A stretch of 64,000 nt of DNA from an uncultured Chloroflexia bacterium (GCA_963752475.1 CAVVYR010000006.1:96001-160000), one strand, 5' to 3'. Positions 43,973 through 54,222 are shown, numbered from the stretch's first letter. The notes: generated by a model from the sequence alone, not told the origin. Translations and numbers: made by a program.

Positions 43973-45441
43973 TGGCCGAGCGTCGCCAGAAGCCATCGTT
44001 GCTGCTCCTGGGTGGCATCGCCTGCCTGCCCGTGGTGTTCGTGATCACGTACTACCTCGACCAGGGTGCCTGGCTGTTCGCCTCGTGGCGGGCGGTCGGC
44101 GTGTCGCTCGCGATCGCTCTCGTGGTGCTGGGCCTGTCGACCCTGCTGCTGCGCGATCGCGTCCACGGTGCCTTCGTGGGTCTCTGTGTCCTGCTCATGC
44201 TGCTGGTGTACGGCTTCCCCGGCTTGCTCGCGCTGGTAGCCCTCGTCGCCGGACTCATCGCCGCGAACGCCCTGCTCGGGGAGCGGGGCTCGCGGGCTGC
44301 CTCCAGGATGCTCGGCATCGCCTATCGGGCCCTCGGGATCTTCGGCTACGCCCTGCTCGTGGTGACGCTGGTCCAATTCGGGGTTCGTGGGCAGATCACC
44401 GGCTTCTCGGCCGACGGGAGCGCCCAGGACGTCGATCCGGCTGCGCCCGACATCTGGCTGGTGCTGCTCGATGGCTATCCCAGGGCCGACACGCTCGCGC
44501 GTGACTGGGACCACACCGGCCCTGGCATCGAGGAGGGCCTCGAGGACCTGGGATTCGCCGTGGCCGAGGGTGCCCGCTCGAACTACAACGCGACCAACCT
44601 GACGCTGCCCGCGCTCCTCGAGATGGCCTTGCTCGACGACGTCGAGCCGTGGGCCGACTACGACCCGCAGGGCTCTGCACCCGCTGCGGAGCGCGCCATC
44701 TCTCTGCAGCAGAACCGTGCCTTCGACCTGCTCCGCGAGCACGGCTACCGGATCACCTCGATCGGCGCCGGCTACACCCACATCGAGATCCGGGCCGTCG
44801 ACGAGTTCATCGACGCCCGCACCACGGACCTGATCGAGTTCCGCCTGCTGGGCATGAGCGCGGTCGGGGCCTTCCTCCAGTGGCTCGATCCCGAGTTCGG
44901 CGAGGGCCAGGTCGCCCAACGCGTGGAGCAGAACCTCGCGTCCCTGGAACGGCTCGCACGTGACTCCGGCGAGCGTCCGGACTTCGTCTTCGCACACCTT
45001 CCGGCGCCACACCCGCCGTATGCCTTCGCCTCTGTGGAGCGCCCGACCGTCCCCTTGAGCGATCTCTTCTACTACCAGCCCGAGCTCTTCGGCGAGGACC
45101 TCATGAAGATGGCCTATCGGGAGAACGTGGGCGGCACCGCCGAGCGGGTCCTCGACACGCTGGCTGAGGTCGTCGAGACCGTCGGCGACGATGCGGTGAT
45201 CATCGTGATGTCCGACCATGGCGCCCGGCCGCACCGGTATGAGGGCCTGACGCTCGAGGAGGCCGAAAGCCAGTTCGCCATCCTGCTGGCGGCCCGAACA
45301 CCCGACGGTGAGGTCCTCTTCGAGGATGACGCGCTTGCCAGCAACGTCTTCCTGACCGTGGCCAACCGCTACCTGGGCACCGACATCCCGCCGGTCGACC
45401 GCATCTTCGAAGCGCAGGACGGCGTCCGGTTCCCGCTGTAA
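43972..45441 (+). CDS. Membrane-anchored alkaline-phosphatase/sulfatase-superfamily protein
   Basis: About five TMs, then PDIWLVLLDGY, SNYNATNLTL, HLPAPHPPY, IVMSDHG. Confidence 0.82.
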   Translation: MAERRQKPSLLLLGGIACLPVVFVITYYLDQGAWLFASWRAVGVSLAIALVVLGLSTLLLRDRVHGAFVGLCVLLMLLVYGFPGLLALVALVAGLIAANALLGERGSRAASRMLGIAYRALGIFGYALLVVTLVQFGVRGQITGFSADGSAQDVDPAAPDIWLVLLDGYPRADTLARDWDHTGPGIEEGLEDLGFAVAEGARSNYNATNLTLPALLEMALLDDVEPWADYDPQGSAPAAERAISLQQNRAFDLLREHGYRITSIGAGYTHIEIRAVDEFIDARTTDLIEFRLLGMSAVGAFLQWLDPEFGEGQVAQRVEQNLASLERLARDSGERPDFVFAHLPAPHPPYAFASVERPTVPLSDLFYYQPELFGEDLMKMAYRENVGGTAERVLDTLAEVVETVGDDAVIIVMSDHGARPHRYEGLTLEEAESQFAILLAARTPDGEVLFEDDALASNVFLTVANRYLGTDIPPVDRIFEAQDGVRFPL

Positions 45442-45505
45442 TCCAGGTTCAGTCCGAGCCTGCTCTCTCAGTGATGGTGCCGATAAGCATAACGCTATAC
45501 GTCAG

Positions 45506-45534
45506 TTGACTATGCAGAAGCGTAGCGCTATCAT
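45506..45534 (+). promoter_or_regulatory. Sigma70-type promoter, probably giving a leaderless mRNA
   Basis: TTGACT-17 nt-TATCAT, then 6 nt to ATG 45541, no Shine-Dalgarno. Confidence 0.7.
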
Positions 45535-45540
45535 TCAGTC

Positions 45541-46953
45541 ATGCTCACGATGGATGACATCGGCGGACTGAACCCATGGTGGACGGATGGCGACTGGAAC
45601 GCGGACGACGACCCTCACCTCGCGGCGGCAGAGGTCGCGCCGTTCACCTGGGATCCGCGCCCGTTCGACACAGCGGATGTCGACTCGGGGGCGGTGTTCA
45701 CGCTCCGCGGTCCGCGGCAGTGTGGCAAGACCACGCTCGCCAAGCGGCTCATCCAGGACCGGGTTGCGGCTGGGCTGGGACGTCGTACCTGCTACCTGAC
45801 CCTGCGCATCGTCGACGACGCCGACGAGGTTCGAGCTGCGATCGAGCGGATCCTCCGGCTGTGGCCCGCTGAGGACCCATCAACGCGCTGGTTGTTCGTG
45901 CTCGACGAGCTGACGTTCGTGCGGGGCTGGGCCAACGCGATCGCACACCTGCGAGAGTTCGATCCCGTCTTCCGCCGGGCGACAGTCATCCTCACAGGCT
46001 CGTCGGCGGCAGACCTCGCATCCTCGGCTGACGACCTGCATGGCCGACGAGGCCGGTATGGACGGCCGCTGGATCGGCTGCACATGCCGATGACGTTCCG
46101 CGACTTCCTCGGCTTTCGCGACCGTGGCATCGAGCTCGGCGCGCCCCTGCCGCTTCAGGAACTGCTGACAGATGACGGAAGGCAGCGTGTGGCCAGCCTC
46201 GCCCTGCGCGCCTCGGCCATCGACCAGTATCTGGGGGAGTACGTACGGAGTGGCGGCCTCCCGGCGCCGATGACGGACATGCTCATCGACGGCACGGTCC
46301 TACCGGGCACGATCATGGAGTTGTGGCGTGGTCTTTCTGCAGACGTACGTCGACTGGACCGGAGCGAGGACCGTCTGGCCAAGCTCGTGTCGCGAACCGT
46401 CGTTGCGCTTGGCCACCTGACGAACCCTGCCGACGTCGCTCGCGACATGGACGTCGCTCGCAATACCGCAAGCGAGTACATCCGTCTGCTGGCACAGTCA
46501 TTCGCCATCATCGTGCTCCACCAGCGCGACCGGAAGCGTCAGGGCGGACCGTCGATGACGCTTCCACGGAAGCACTACTTCGGTGACTTGGCCTTTGCTG
46601 CGATCCCGGGTGCACAGGGCGGACCCGAGGCCAGTGCGAGCTGCCTCGTCGAGAACGCCACGGCGGTGAGTCTGTTCCGACACCTGGAGCGGAACGCGCT
46701 CGAGTCATTCGCTTTGCCGCAGCGGCTGTTCCTGTGGCGAAGTGGTCGAGGTCGTGAGATCGACTTCGTCGCCGACGTTGGGCCTACCGTGATTCCCGTC
46801 GAGTGCAAGTACACGTCGGCGCCCGGTGGCAAGGACTACGAATCGATGTCGAAAGCCTTCGGCCACGGCGTCATGGCCAGTCGGTCGGCGCTGATCACGG
46901 ACCGACAGATCCTGACGTTGCCCGTAGGGGTCCTCCTGGCGATGCTTGGCTGA
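45541..46953 (+). CDS. AAA+ ATPase (AAA_14) with DUF4143 and PD-(D/E)xK-like C-terminus
   Basis: GPRQCGKTT, FVLDEL, ILTGSS, SGGLP, KHYFGD, EIDFV..PVECK. Confidence 0.9.
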   Translation: MLTMDDIGGLNPWWTDGDWNADDDPHLAAAEVAPFTWDPRPFDTADVDSGAVFTLRGPRQCGKTTLAKRLIQDRVAAGLGRRTCYLTLRIVDDADEVRAAIERILRLWPAEDPSTRWLFVLDELTFVRGWANAIAHLREFDPVFRRATVILTGSSAADLASSADDLHGRRGRYGRPLDRLHMPMTFRDFLGFRDRGIELGAPLPLQELLTDDGRQRVASLALRASAIDQYLGEYVRSGGLPAPMTDMLIDGTVLPGTIMELWRGLSADVRRLDRSEDRLAKLVSRTVVALGHLTNPADVARDMDVARNTASEYIRLLAQSFAIIVLHQRDRKRQGGPSMTLPRKHYFGDLAFAAIPGAQGGPEASASCLVENATAVSLFRHLERNALESFALPQRLFLWRSGRGREIDFVADVGPTVIPVECKYTSAPGGKDYESMSKAFGHGVMASRSALITDRQILTLPVGVLLAMLG

Positions 46954-46977
46954 CCGCCCGCGGCGTTCCGGTGCGCT

Positions 46978-47685
46978 CTACTCGAAGAGCGTTTCGGACT
47001 CCTCGATGGGCTCCAGCAGCTCCGGGCCTTGGTTGCGCACGTTGTTGACGCGGGTGCTGATGGGGTACATGCCCAGGACGTCGTCGGGCGCCGGTTCCAG
47101 CAGCGATGTCAGATACTCGGCATCGTCGAACTCGGGATCGAGCCAGTCGTCCCAGACCTCGCGCGGCAGCAGCACCGGCATGCGGTCGTGGATCGAGGAC
47201 ATCATGCGGTTGGCCTCGGTCGTGATGACCGCCGCCGATGGCACCCACAGCCCCGTCTCCGGGTCCTTCCACACCGCCCACACGCCGGCCATCGCGAGCA
47301 CCGCATCCTCGGGTGGATGCAGGAGGTAGGGCTGCTTGGGGCCGCCCGTCCGACGCCACTCGTAGAAACCGTCGGACGGCACGATGCAGCGCCGCTTCCT
47401 GAACGAGGAGCGGAACGAGGGCGAGGTCGCCACCGTCTCCGCCCGAGCGTTGATGCGCTTGGCCCCGTCCTTGAGCGACTTGGCGAACGATGGCACCAGC
47501 CCCCAACGGAGCTGCTCGACGGTCCGTCCCTGCTCGGCCCGCTGGGTGACCACCGTCAGCGGCTGCGTGGGCGCTACGTTGTAGCGGGGCTTGGCATCGT
47601 CGGCATCGGCCTCGATGGCCGACTCGGCATCGAAGATGCGCGCGACCTCCGCAGGGTCGGTCGTCTGGGTCATGCGACCGCACAT
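46978..47685 (-). CDS. SOS response-associated peptidase (SRAP/YedK/HMCES family)
   Basis: MCGR start, RYNVAPTQ, RWGLVP, INARAET, DGFYEW, IHDRMPV. Confidence 0.95.
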   Translation of the reverse strand: MCGRMTQTTDPAEVARIFDAESAIEADADDAKPRYNVAPTQPLTVVTQRAEQGRTVEQLRWGLVPSFAKSLKDGAKRINARAETVATSPSFRSSFRKRRCIVPSDGFYEWRRTGGPKQPYLLHPPEDAVLAMAGVWAVWKDPETGLWVPSAAVITTEANRMMSSIHDRMPVLLPREVWDDWLDPEFDDAEYLTSLLEPAPDDVLGMYPISTRVNNVRNQGPELLEPIEESETLFE

Positions 47686-47689
47686 CGGC

Positions 47690-49175
47690 CTAGCCCTCCG
47701 TATTGGTCCCCGGTTCGTCAGCGGCCTGGTCGGACAGGACCTTGACGCCGATGACCAGCAGCAGGATCGCGGCCGCGGTCAGCATGGCGATGCCCGGCCC
47801 ACCGACCGACCACAAGCCCAGCACGGCGATGAGGCCGATGCCCACCACGAGGATGGCCATGGCGTTGCGCTTGACCCAGCGGCCCAGCGTCCGCGGCGGC
47901 GTCTCCATCGAGGGCCGCTGTAGCCGGTCACGACGCTCGTAGACGACCGCCGCGACAGCCACGATGAGCGCCGCCAGGATGAGGGCGAAGGTCCACAACA
48001 ACAGCGAGTCCACAGCCGCATCGATGATGGCGCTGACCACCACCCGCGCCTCCAGCTCCGGCTGACGTCGCGTCGCCGCCTCGAGGAGCAGGCGCGTCGC
48101 CACGCGTGCGGTCAGCAGGGCCGCGATGGCACCACCGCTGAGCCACAGCGTCATCCGGATCCGCTTCCTCGCGAGCCACAGCGCCAGGGCCGTGAACAGC
48201 GCCCACAACAGCAGTGCCAGGACCGGTGATGAGGTCGAACCAGCGCACGGTCGTGTGGATCAGCTCCAGGTTCTCCGAATCGATGAGCACGATCGTGCCC
48301 ACACCGTCGGGGATGTCGCGGTCCAGCAGTTGCTCGATGAGCGCGATGGCGCGGTCCGAGGCCTCGAAGCTCGTGAGGTCCGGGATCTCTCGCCCTTCGT
48401 CGATGAAGCCGGCGTCCTGCAGGCTGTAGAGCACGCCCTCGATGAGCGGGAAGATGTTGAGGGTGAGCACGCCCTCCTCGGACGTGAGCGCGTCGCCGTC
48501 TCCGCCACGGATGGCGGTCATGGCCGCGTCGTGGGCGGTCTTGTTCACGTTCACGAAGGCGGTCTGGAAGGCGTCGGTCTGGGCGAAGTCGGCGACCACA
48601 TCGGTGACGCGGTCCTGGACCACCGCGGTCACGGCGCCGGCGATGATGTCTGGCCCCGGAATGGCCTCGGCCACGGTGTCGCGCACCAGCGTCGAGTCAG
48701 CCAGGCGGTCGACGATGACGACGCTGATGGCCTCGGTCACCTCCTCTTCGCTGATGACGTCCTCGACGATGCCGCCCCAGCCGTCGGAGGTCAGCAGCGT
48801 CTGGTGCGCCCAGACGACCACGCCGCCGAAGAGGACCATCACGCTCGCGAGCAGCCAGAAGAGCGCGGCCAGCACTCGGCGACCTCGCGGCCCATCGGGC
48901 ACGCGGGGACGGGTCTTGGCCGCCTGCTCCACGACGTCACCTTCGTCCTCCTCGACGAGGGTCGGCTCGGGCGCGGATGGCGCCTCGTCCTGGGCCAAGG
49001 GCTCGGGCTCAGGCTCGGACTCCGGCGGTGCCTCGGGTTCGGGCGTCGGTTCGGCCTTGGCCTCGGATCCGGCCGGCGCCTCGGACGCCTCCGCCTCGGC
49101 AGCCTCGGGCTGGCCTGGCGCCGTGGTGGCCTCAGCCGGCTCGTCGGTCTCGGGCGCGGGTCGTTCCTCGGTCAT
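47690..49175 (-). CDS. Integral membrane protein with acidic Pro-rich N-terminus; frameshift at ~48215
   Basis: ORFs 47928-49175 and 47690-48208 overlap and continue TM segments; GGGAGA RBS. Confidence 0.7.
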
Positions 49176-49292
49176 GGTCTCTCCCTGGTGACACGGGGTG
49201 GGCGCGCTGCGTGTCGTGGGGAATGGTATGGCACCGGCGCGGTCGGGTACCGTTCATCCCGACGACCGAACCATGCCGCGAGGGGAGAGACC

Positions 49293-50258
49293 ATGAGCAC
49301 GAACGACGCGATCCGCTGGGGCCTGCTGGGCACCTCACGCATCAACATCAAGCTGCTGCGAGGCGCCTCGGGCACCGACACGGCCGAAGTTGTCGCCGTG
49401 GGCTCCCGTTCGAGCGCGACAGGCGAGGCCTTCGCGGCCGAGCACGGGATCGGCAAGGTGCACGGCTCCTACGAAGCGCTCCTGGCCGACCCCGACGTGG
49501 ATGCCATCTACAACCCGCTGCCGAACTCGCTGCACCACCCCTGGACGCTCAAGGCCATCGCGGCCGGCAAGCACGTGCTCTGCGAGAAGCCGTACACGCG
49601 CCATCCCGCCCAGGTCGACGAGGCCTGGGATGCGGCCGAGGCTGCCGACGTGGTGCTCATGGAGGCGTTCATGTGGCGCCACACCCCGCAGGCGGCGCGA
49701 CTCAAGGAGCTGGCCGGGCAGATCGGCGAGCTGGTCCACGTGCGCTCGACGTTCAGCCACCGACTCGATGACGAAAACGACATCCGTGTCGATGCCGAGC
49801 TCGAGGGCGGCTCGCTCATGGACGTGGGCTGCTATTGCATCTCCGGCTCGCGCCTCATCGCCGGCGAGGAGCCGGTGCAGGTCTACGGCGAGCAGGTCAC
49901 GGCCCCGAACGGCGTCGACCGGCGCTTCACCGGCGTGCTGCGCTTCGGGTCCGGCCTGGTGGCTTCGTTCCACTGCGGCTTCGACTCGTTCAGCGAATCG
50001 CTGGAGGTCACCGGGCGCGAGGGCACCGTCCTGGTGCCCGATCCCTGGCACTCGCTACGTGGCGTACTCATCGTCGACGGCGAGGAGCAGTCGGTCGAGG
50101 CCAGGAACCCGTACCAGTGCGAGCTCGAGGACATGGCCGCCGCCATCCGCGGTGAGAGGGCGCCGCTGCTGGGCCGTGACGACGCGTTGGGCCAGGCTCG
50201 GGTCATCGAGGCGCTGTACCGGTCGGCCGCGAACGGCGCGCCTGTCGATCTGGCCTAG
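49293..50258 (+). CDS. Gfo/Idh/MocA oxidoreductase
   Basis: IRWGLLGTSRI, AGKHVLCEKP, GGSLMDVGCY. Confidence 0.93.
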   Translation: MSTNDAIRWGLLGTSRINIKLLRGASGTDTAEVVAVGSRSSATGEAFAAEHGIGKVHGSYEALLADPDVDAIYNPLPNSLHHPWTLKAIAAGKHVLCEKPYTRHPAQVDEAWDAAEAADVVLMEAFMWRHTPQAARLKELAGQIGELVHVRSTFSHRLDDENDIRVDAELEGGSLMDVGCYCISGSRLIAGEEPVQVYGEQVTAPNGVDRRFTGVLRFGSGLVASFHCGFDSFSESLEVTGREGTVLVPDPWHSLRGVLIVDGEEQSVEARNPYQCELEDMAAAIRGERAPLLGRDDALGQARVIEALYRSAANGAPVDLA

Positions 50259-50426
50259 GTGACCACGCCCGAGCCACCCGCGCCGCCGCCCGAGGAGCCG
50301 GGCTCCGGCTGGGGCCTCCGTGCACCCCAGGGTTGCGCCGAGTGGACGGTCGTCATCCTCGGCGTCATCTGGGTCGTCCTGGCGGTGGTGTTCGTCATCG
50401 CACTGGTGGTGCGACTGAGCGGCTAA
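50259..50426 (+). CDS. Small single-pass membrane protein (55 aa, below the ORF-track cutoff)
   Basis: GTG directly after the upstream TAG; MTTPEPPAPPPEEPGSGWGLRAPQGCAEWTVVILGVIWVVLAVVFVIALVVRLSG. Confidence 0.55.
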   Translation: MTTPEPPAPPPEEPGSGWGLRAPQGCAEWTVVILGVIWVVLAVVFVIALVVRLSG

Positions 50427-50675
50427 CCGCCCCCGTACCTCCGGCCAGGCGGTAGCGTCGTCAAACCCGGTCTGTTGCTGTTCGGGTCGGTGAGTGTCAG
50501 TACGAGTGGCCGGGGGGTACGTGAGAGCCCTTTGGCCGCTTTTCTGTTGCCAGAGGTCACCGAACAGCCGATAATCCGTTGACAAGCGCTTTGCACATTC
50601 CTGCGAGGATGGTGGACTGAGCCGGTCGACACGCGTCGCCCGCGAGATGAAGCGTGTCCGAGCCAAACTGGGTAG

Positions 50676-51338
50676 TTGAAAGGTCAAGCGTCAGTGCAGC
50701 ACTTCCCGTTCCTGCCATCGAACAAGGGGGATAGGCGCCAGAGGGGCGAGTCAGGCGCCACCCTGGTCGAGTTCGCGCTGGTCATCCCCATCGTGTTCTT
50801 CGTGTTCCTGGCGCTGCTCGAGATGGCGCTCGGGTTCAACTCCTTCGTGGGCGTCAATCGCGCCTCGCAGCACGCAGCCCACCTCGCTTCGATCGCCGGC
50901 AACCAGGTTGGGGCCGACTGCCTCATCCTGAGCCAGATCGAGGAGGACATCGCGGCACCGACCCGGCGGACCTCCATCATCGACGTGCGCATCCAGCGCA
51001 CGTCGCTCGCGGGCAACTGGGCCTATCAGCAGAACCTGTACCACCGCAGTGGCTCCATGGACTGCACGCTGCCCAATGGCGATCCGGTCACCCTCCCGTA
51101 TGAGTTGGATCTTGTCGAGCGCACGTACCCCGAGGACAAGCGCTGCTCGGCGCTCAAGGGGTGTCCTGCGATGCCCCCCCTTGGTGCCCGGTCGACGGTC
51201 GACAACATCGCGGTCGGTGTCAAGTACCGCCATGACTGGCTCACGCCATTCCCCTCGATCATCACGACGTTGCCCGGTGGCACGGCCGGTTGGACCTTCG
51301 TCCAGAGGAACATCTTCCGCATGGAGCCAACGCTGTGA
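50676..51338 (+). CDS. TadE/TadG-family pseudopilin; start may be 50694
   Basis: ESGATLVEFALVIP prepilin motif. Confidence 0.85.
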   Translation: MKGQASVQHFPFLPSNKGDRRQRGESGATLVEFALVIPIVFFVFLALLEMALGFNSFVGVNRASQHAAHLASIAGNQVGADCLILSQIEEDIAAPTRRTSIIDVRIQRTSLAGNWAYQQNLYHRSGSMDCTLPNGDPVTLPYELDLVERTYPEDKRCSALKGCPAMPPLGARSTVDNIAVGVKYRHDWLTPFPSIITTLPGGTAGWTFVQRNIFRMEPTL

Positions 51339-51982
51339 GGCTGCTGCCCAAGCTACGCCGCCGGTCTCGACGCGCCGAAGAGGGTCAGGCGCTCGTCGAG
51401 TTCACGATGGTCATCAGCCTGGTCCTGATCGTGATGTTGTCGGTGGTCGAGCTCGGCATCATCTTCGGCCGCATCAGCAGCCTGGGCTACAGCTCGCGCG
51501 AGGGCGCTCGAACCGGCTCAGCGCTCGCGCTGGGGGAGCAAGAGCTATGCACGCCCACCGAGCGGGATCCCTCCCTCGTGGACGTCGTCGTGGTCGCGGC
51601 GATGCAGCGCATCCTGGATTCGCCTGACTCCGGCATCGACACCGCCGATGTCAACCAGATCCGGATCTTCAAGGCCGACGCTTCCGGCGAGGAGATCGCC
51701 GGGACCGTTAACGTCTGGAACTACATCGGTGACGGCCTGGGTCCCGAGGTGGACCCCGGGAGCCCGGGTGTTTCCAACGTCGACTTTGCGCCGACTTCTG
51801 TGCTCTGGCCTGCGTGTGACCGAAACAACAGCGGCGTCACCCCAGACTCGGTCGGCGTGACCATCCGATACACGCACGAGTGGGTCACGCCCCTGGTGAC
51901 GTTCATCAATTCGTTCGCCGGTGGCGGCCTTGATCTGACCTTGACCGAAACCACCGTCATGGCTCTCAACCCCACGAGCTAG
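51335..51982 (+). CDS. TadE-family pseudopilin
   Basis: EEGQALVEFTMV...SREGAR; GTGA overlap with the upstream stop. Confidence 0.85.
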   Translation: MRLLPKLRRRSRRAEEGQALVEFTMVISLVLIVMLSVVELGIIFGRISSLGYSSREGARTGSALALGEQELCTPTERDPSLVDVVVVAAMQRILDSPDSGIDTADVNQIRIFKADASGEEIAGTVNVWNYIGDGLGPEVDPGSPGVSNVDFAPTSVLWPACDRNNSGVTPDSVGVTIRYTHEWVTPLVTFINSFAGGGLDLTLTETTVMALNPTS

Positions 51983-51990
51983 GAGGCCCG

Positions 51991-54222
51991 ATGCGTTCCG
52001 AACCCCGCGCCCCGCGCCTCTTCCACCGGCTGAGGTCGCTCCTCGACCGAACCCACGGCGGCAACCGTGACCGGTCGCTCCAGCGCGGCCAGGTCCTGCC
52101 CATCTTCGTCATCATGACCGTGGTCATCCTGGGCGGGGCGGCGCTCATCAGCGACGTGGCCTGGTGGTGGACCAACGAGCAGCGGATGCAGCGAGCCGCT
52201 GACGCCGGCGCCCTCGCCGGCGCCGTCTACCTCCCCGGCGATGAGAACCGGGCGTTCTCATCCGCTCTCTCGGAGGCCCACAAGAACGGATATACGAACG
52301 GCCAGGACGGCATCAGCGTGACTCCTCGGCGCGATCCCAGCAACGAGCGCAAGCTCATCGTGGATGTCGGCGGCGATGTCGGTACCCACTTCGCGCGCAT
52401 CTTCGGCATGACCGACGTCGCGGTGTCGGTGACCGGTGCCGCGGAGTTCGTGCTGCCGGTGCCCATGGGCAGCCCGGAGAACTACTACGGCGTATTCGGG
52501 ATGCTCAACACGGACGACGGTGGCACGAATGAAGCGGGCTCGGATGCCGTCACGACCGAGTTCACCGCCGGTGACGGAGGCAGTGGAACGTGGACCGCGA
52601 CGAGCGGATCGAAGCTCAACGCGATCCAGGCTGTCGATGGTGTCTACCTCCAGAACGGGACCAACATGGCCACCCAGTACTTCGGGGACTTCGGTCTACT
52701 GGATGCGGGCGGGGTACCCGCAGCCGGTGCTGATGAGGACATCACCATCCTCGGCATCGAGGTCCTGCTCGACGATGTCCATCTGACCGGTGACTGCATC
52801 AACACGTTCGTAGAGGTCCACCTATGGGGCAACGATGGTAGTAATTGGTCTCAGCCGGCCTGGAACGAAGCGAACGATGGCCCCTTCCTGAACACGACGC
52901 CGCAGGACTTCAGCATCGGCGGAAGTGGCAGTGCCAGTGACAACGCATTCGACACGGGCTGGACTCGGAGCGACCTGCGAGACGGACGGTTCTACGTCCG
53001 GTTGCGTACTCGCAAGGGCTGCGGCAACGGTGCCAACATCCGGGTCGACCAGGTCCGCGTTCGAGTGCACTACCGCGTGGACAGCTTCGTGCCCGACGCC
53101 CCCGTGGCCGGCCCCAACGGCGAGGTCCTGACACCGCGTGGCTTCTGGGCCTCGATGATGACCCAGGGTGCGGAGACGACGAACGGCGACGCCTTTCTCC
53201 CGCACTACAACCGACGGACCAGCATCACCAACACCGCGCAGAACACGGACGAGTACTACAACTACGCCATCGAGATGCCGCCCGGCAGCAGCAACGGCAG
53301 GGTCTACCTCTTCGACCCGGGCTTCTGCGCCGGCGATCTGCAGCTGGGCTTGGGAGACAGCTGGGCCGGCAACCGCAACACCGACGAGGTGAGCACCTTC
53401 TACAAGCTGTACGAGGACGTGTCAAACACCCCCTACTACTTCGACGATGACACCGAGATCGCCTCGTCTGGTGACCTGTTCAGGCAGAGCTCCGGCTGGG
53501 ACGGGGACCTCACAAGCGCCAACGACTCGCCCGGCCCACAGGGCTGCGATGCGTACCATCTGGGTTGGTATGAGCTCACCAGTGGTGTGACGCCCAGCCT
53601 GAGTGGAGGTGCTGAGGGCCGTGTGTACCGGCTCCACGCGACCACCTTCGACTCGACCGACGTCGACGGCCAGCGGGGCTCCAATGCCCGCAACCACTTC
53701 TCCATCTTCGTGGACGCGCAGCTGAACGGCGGAACGGACGGCCCGCGGGTCTACGGCATCGGCGCGATGGGCATGTTCACCCAGCTGCCCGGTGGTCAGA
53801 CGTCCGAGTTCTACCTGGCTCAGATCGACGAGGCTCACAAGGGCAAGACGATGCAGATCCAGCTGTGGGATGCCGGCGACACGAACCAGAGAGCCGAGAT
53901 CGAGATCCTCGGACCGACGGACAGTGGCTGGACTCCGCGGACGCTGATCTACAGCGCCGTGCCGGACTCGTACGCCGCCAGCGGGACCTGGTGCAACGAT
54001 GTCTCCAGCACCGGCACGTCGATCGTCACCCACGACGGCAGCAATCGCCGGTACAACGGCTGTTGGCTGACGATCACGATCCCGCTCGACGGGGACTATG
54101 ACGCCCCCCAGGACGGCTGGTGGAAGATCAGGTACGACATCACCGGTTCCGATGTCGCCACCGACATCACGACGTGGCAGGTCGCGCTGATCGGCAATCC
54201 CGTCCACCTCGTCCAGGAGTAG
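51991..54222 (+). CDS. TadG-like pilus-associated protein with large beta-rich extracellular region
   Basis: QRGQVLPIF, MQRAADAGALAGA; 743 aa, Cys pairs, G/D/T/S-rich. Confidence 0.85.
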   Translation: MRSEPRAPRLFHRLRSLLDRTHGGNRDRSLQRGQVLPIFVIMTVVILGGAALISDVAWWWTNEQRMQRAADAGALAGAVYLPGDENRAFSSALSEAHKNGYTNGQDGISVTPRRDPSNERKLIVDVGGDVGTHFARIFGMTDVAVSVTGAAEFVLPVPMGSPENYYGVFGMLNTDDGGTNEAGSDAVTTEFTAGDGGSGTWTATSGSKLNAIQAVDGVYLQNGTNMATQYFGDFGLLDAGGVPAAGADEDITILGIEVLLDDVHLTGDCINTFVEVHLWGNDGSNWSQPAWNEANDGPFLNTTPQDFSIGGSGSASDNAFDTGWTRSDLRDGRFYVRLRTRKGCGNGANIRVDQVRVRVHYRVDSFVPDAPVAGPNGEVLTPRGFWASMMTQGAETTNGDAFLPHYNRRTSITNTAQNTDEYYNYAIEMPPGSSNGRVYLFDPGFCAGDLQLGLGDSWAGNRNTDEVSTFYKLYEDVSNTPYYFDDDTEIASSGDLFRQSSGWDGDLTSANDSPGPQGCDAYHLGWYELTSGVTPSLSGGAEGRVYRLHATTFDSTDVDGQRGSNARNHFSIFVDAQLNGGTDGPRVYGIGAMGMFTQLPGGQTSEFYLAQIDEAHKGKTMQIQLWDAGDTNQRAEIEILGPTDSGWTPRTLIYSAVPDSYAASGTWCNDVSSTGTSIVTHDGSNRRYNGCWLTITIPLDGDYDAPQDGWWKIRYDITGSDVATDITTWQVALIGNPVHLVQE

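Noticed and set aside
50580-50690. Riboswitch upstream of the tad cassette
   Set aside because: Only a simple GACACGC/GCGTGTC stem is visible and no known aptamer consensus is recognisable; an Rfam scan would settle it
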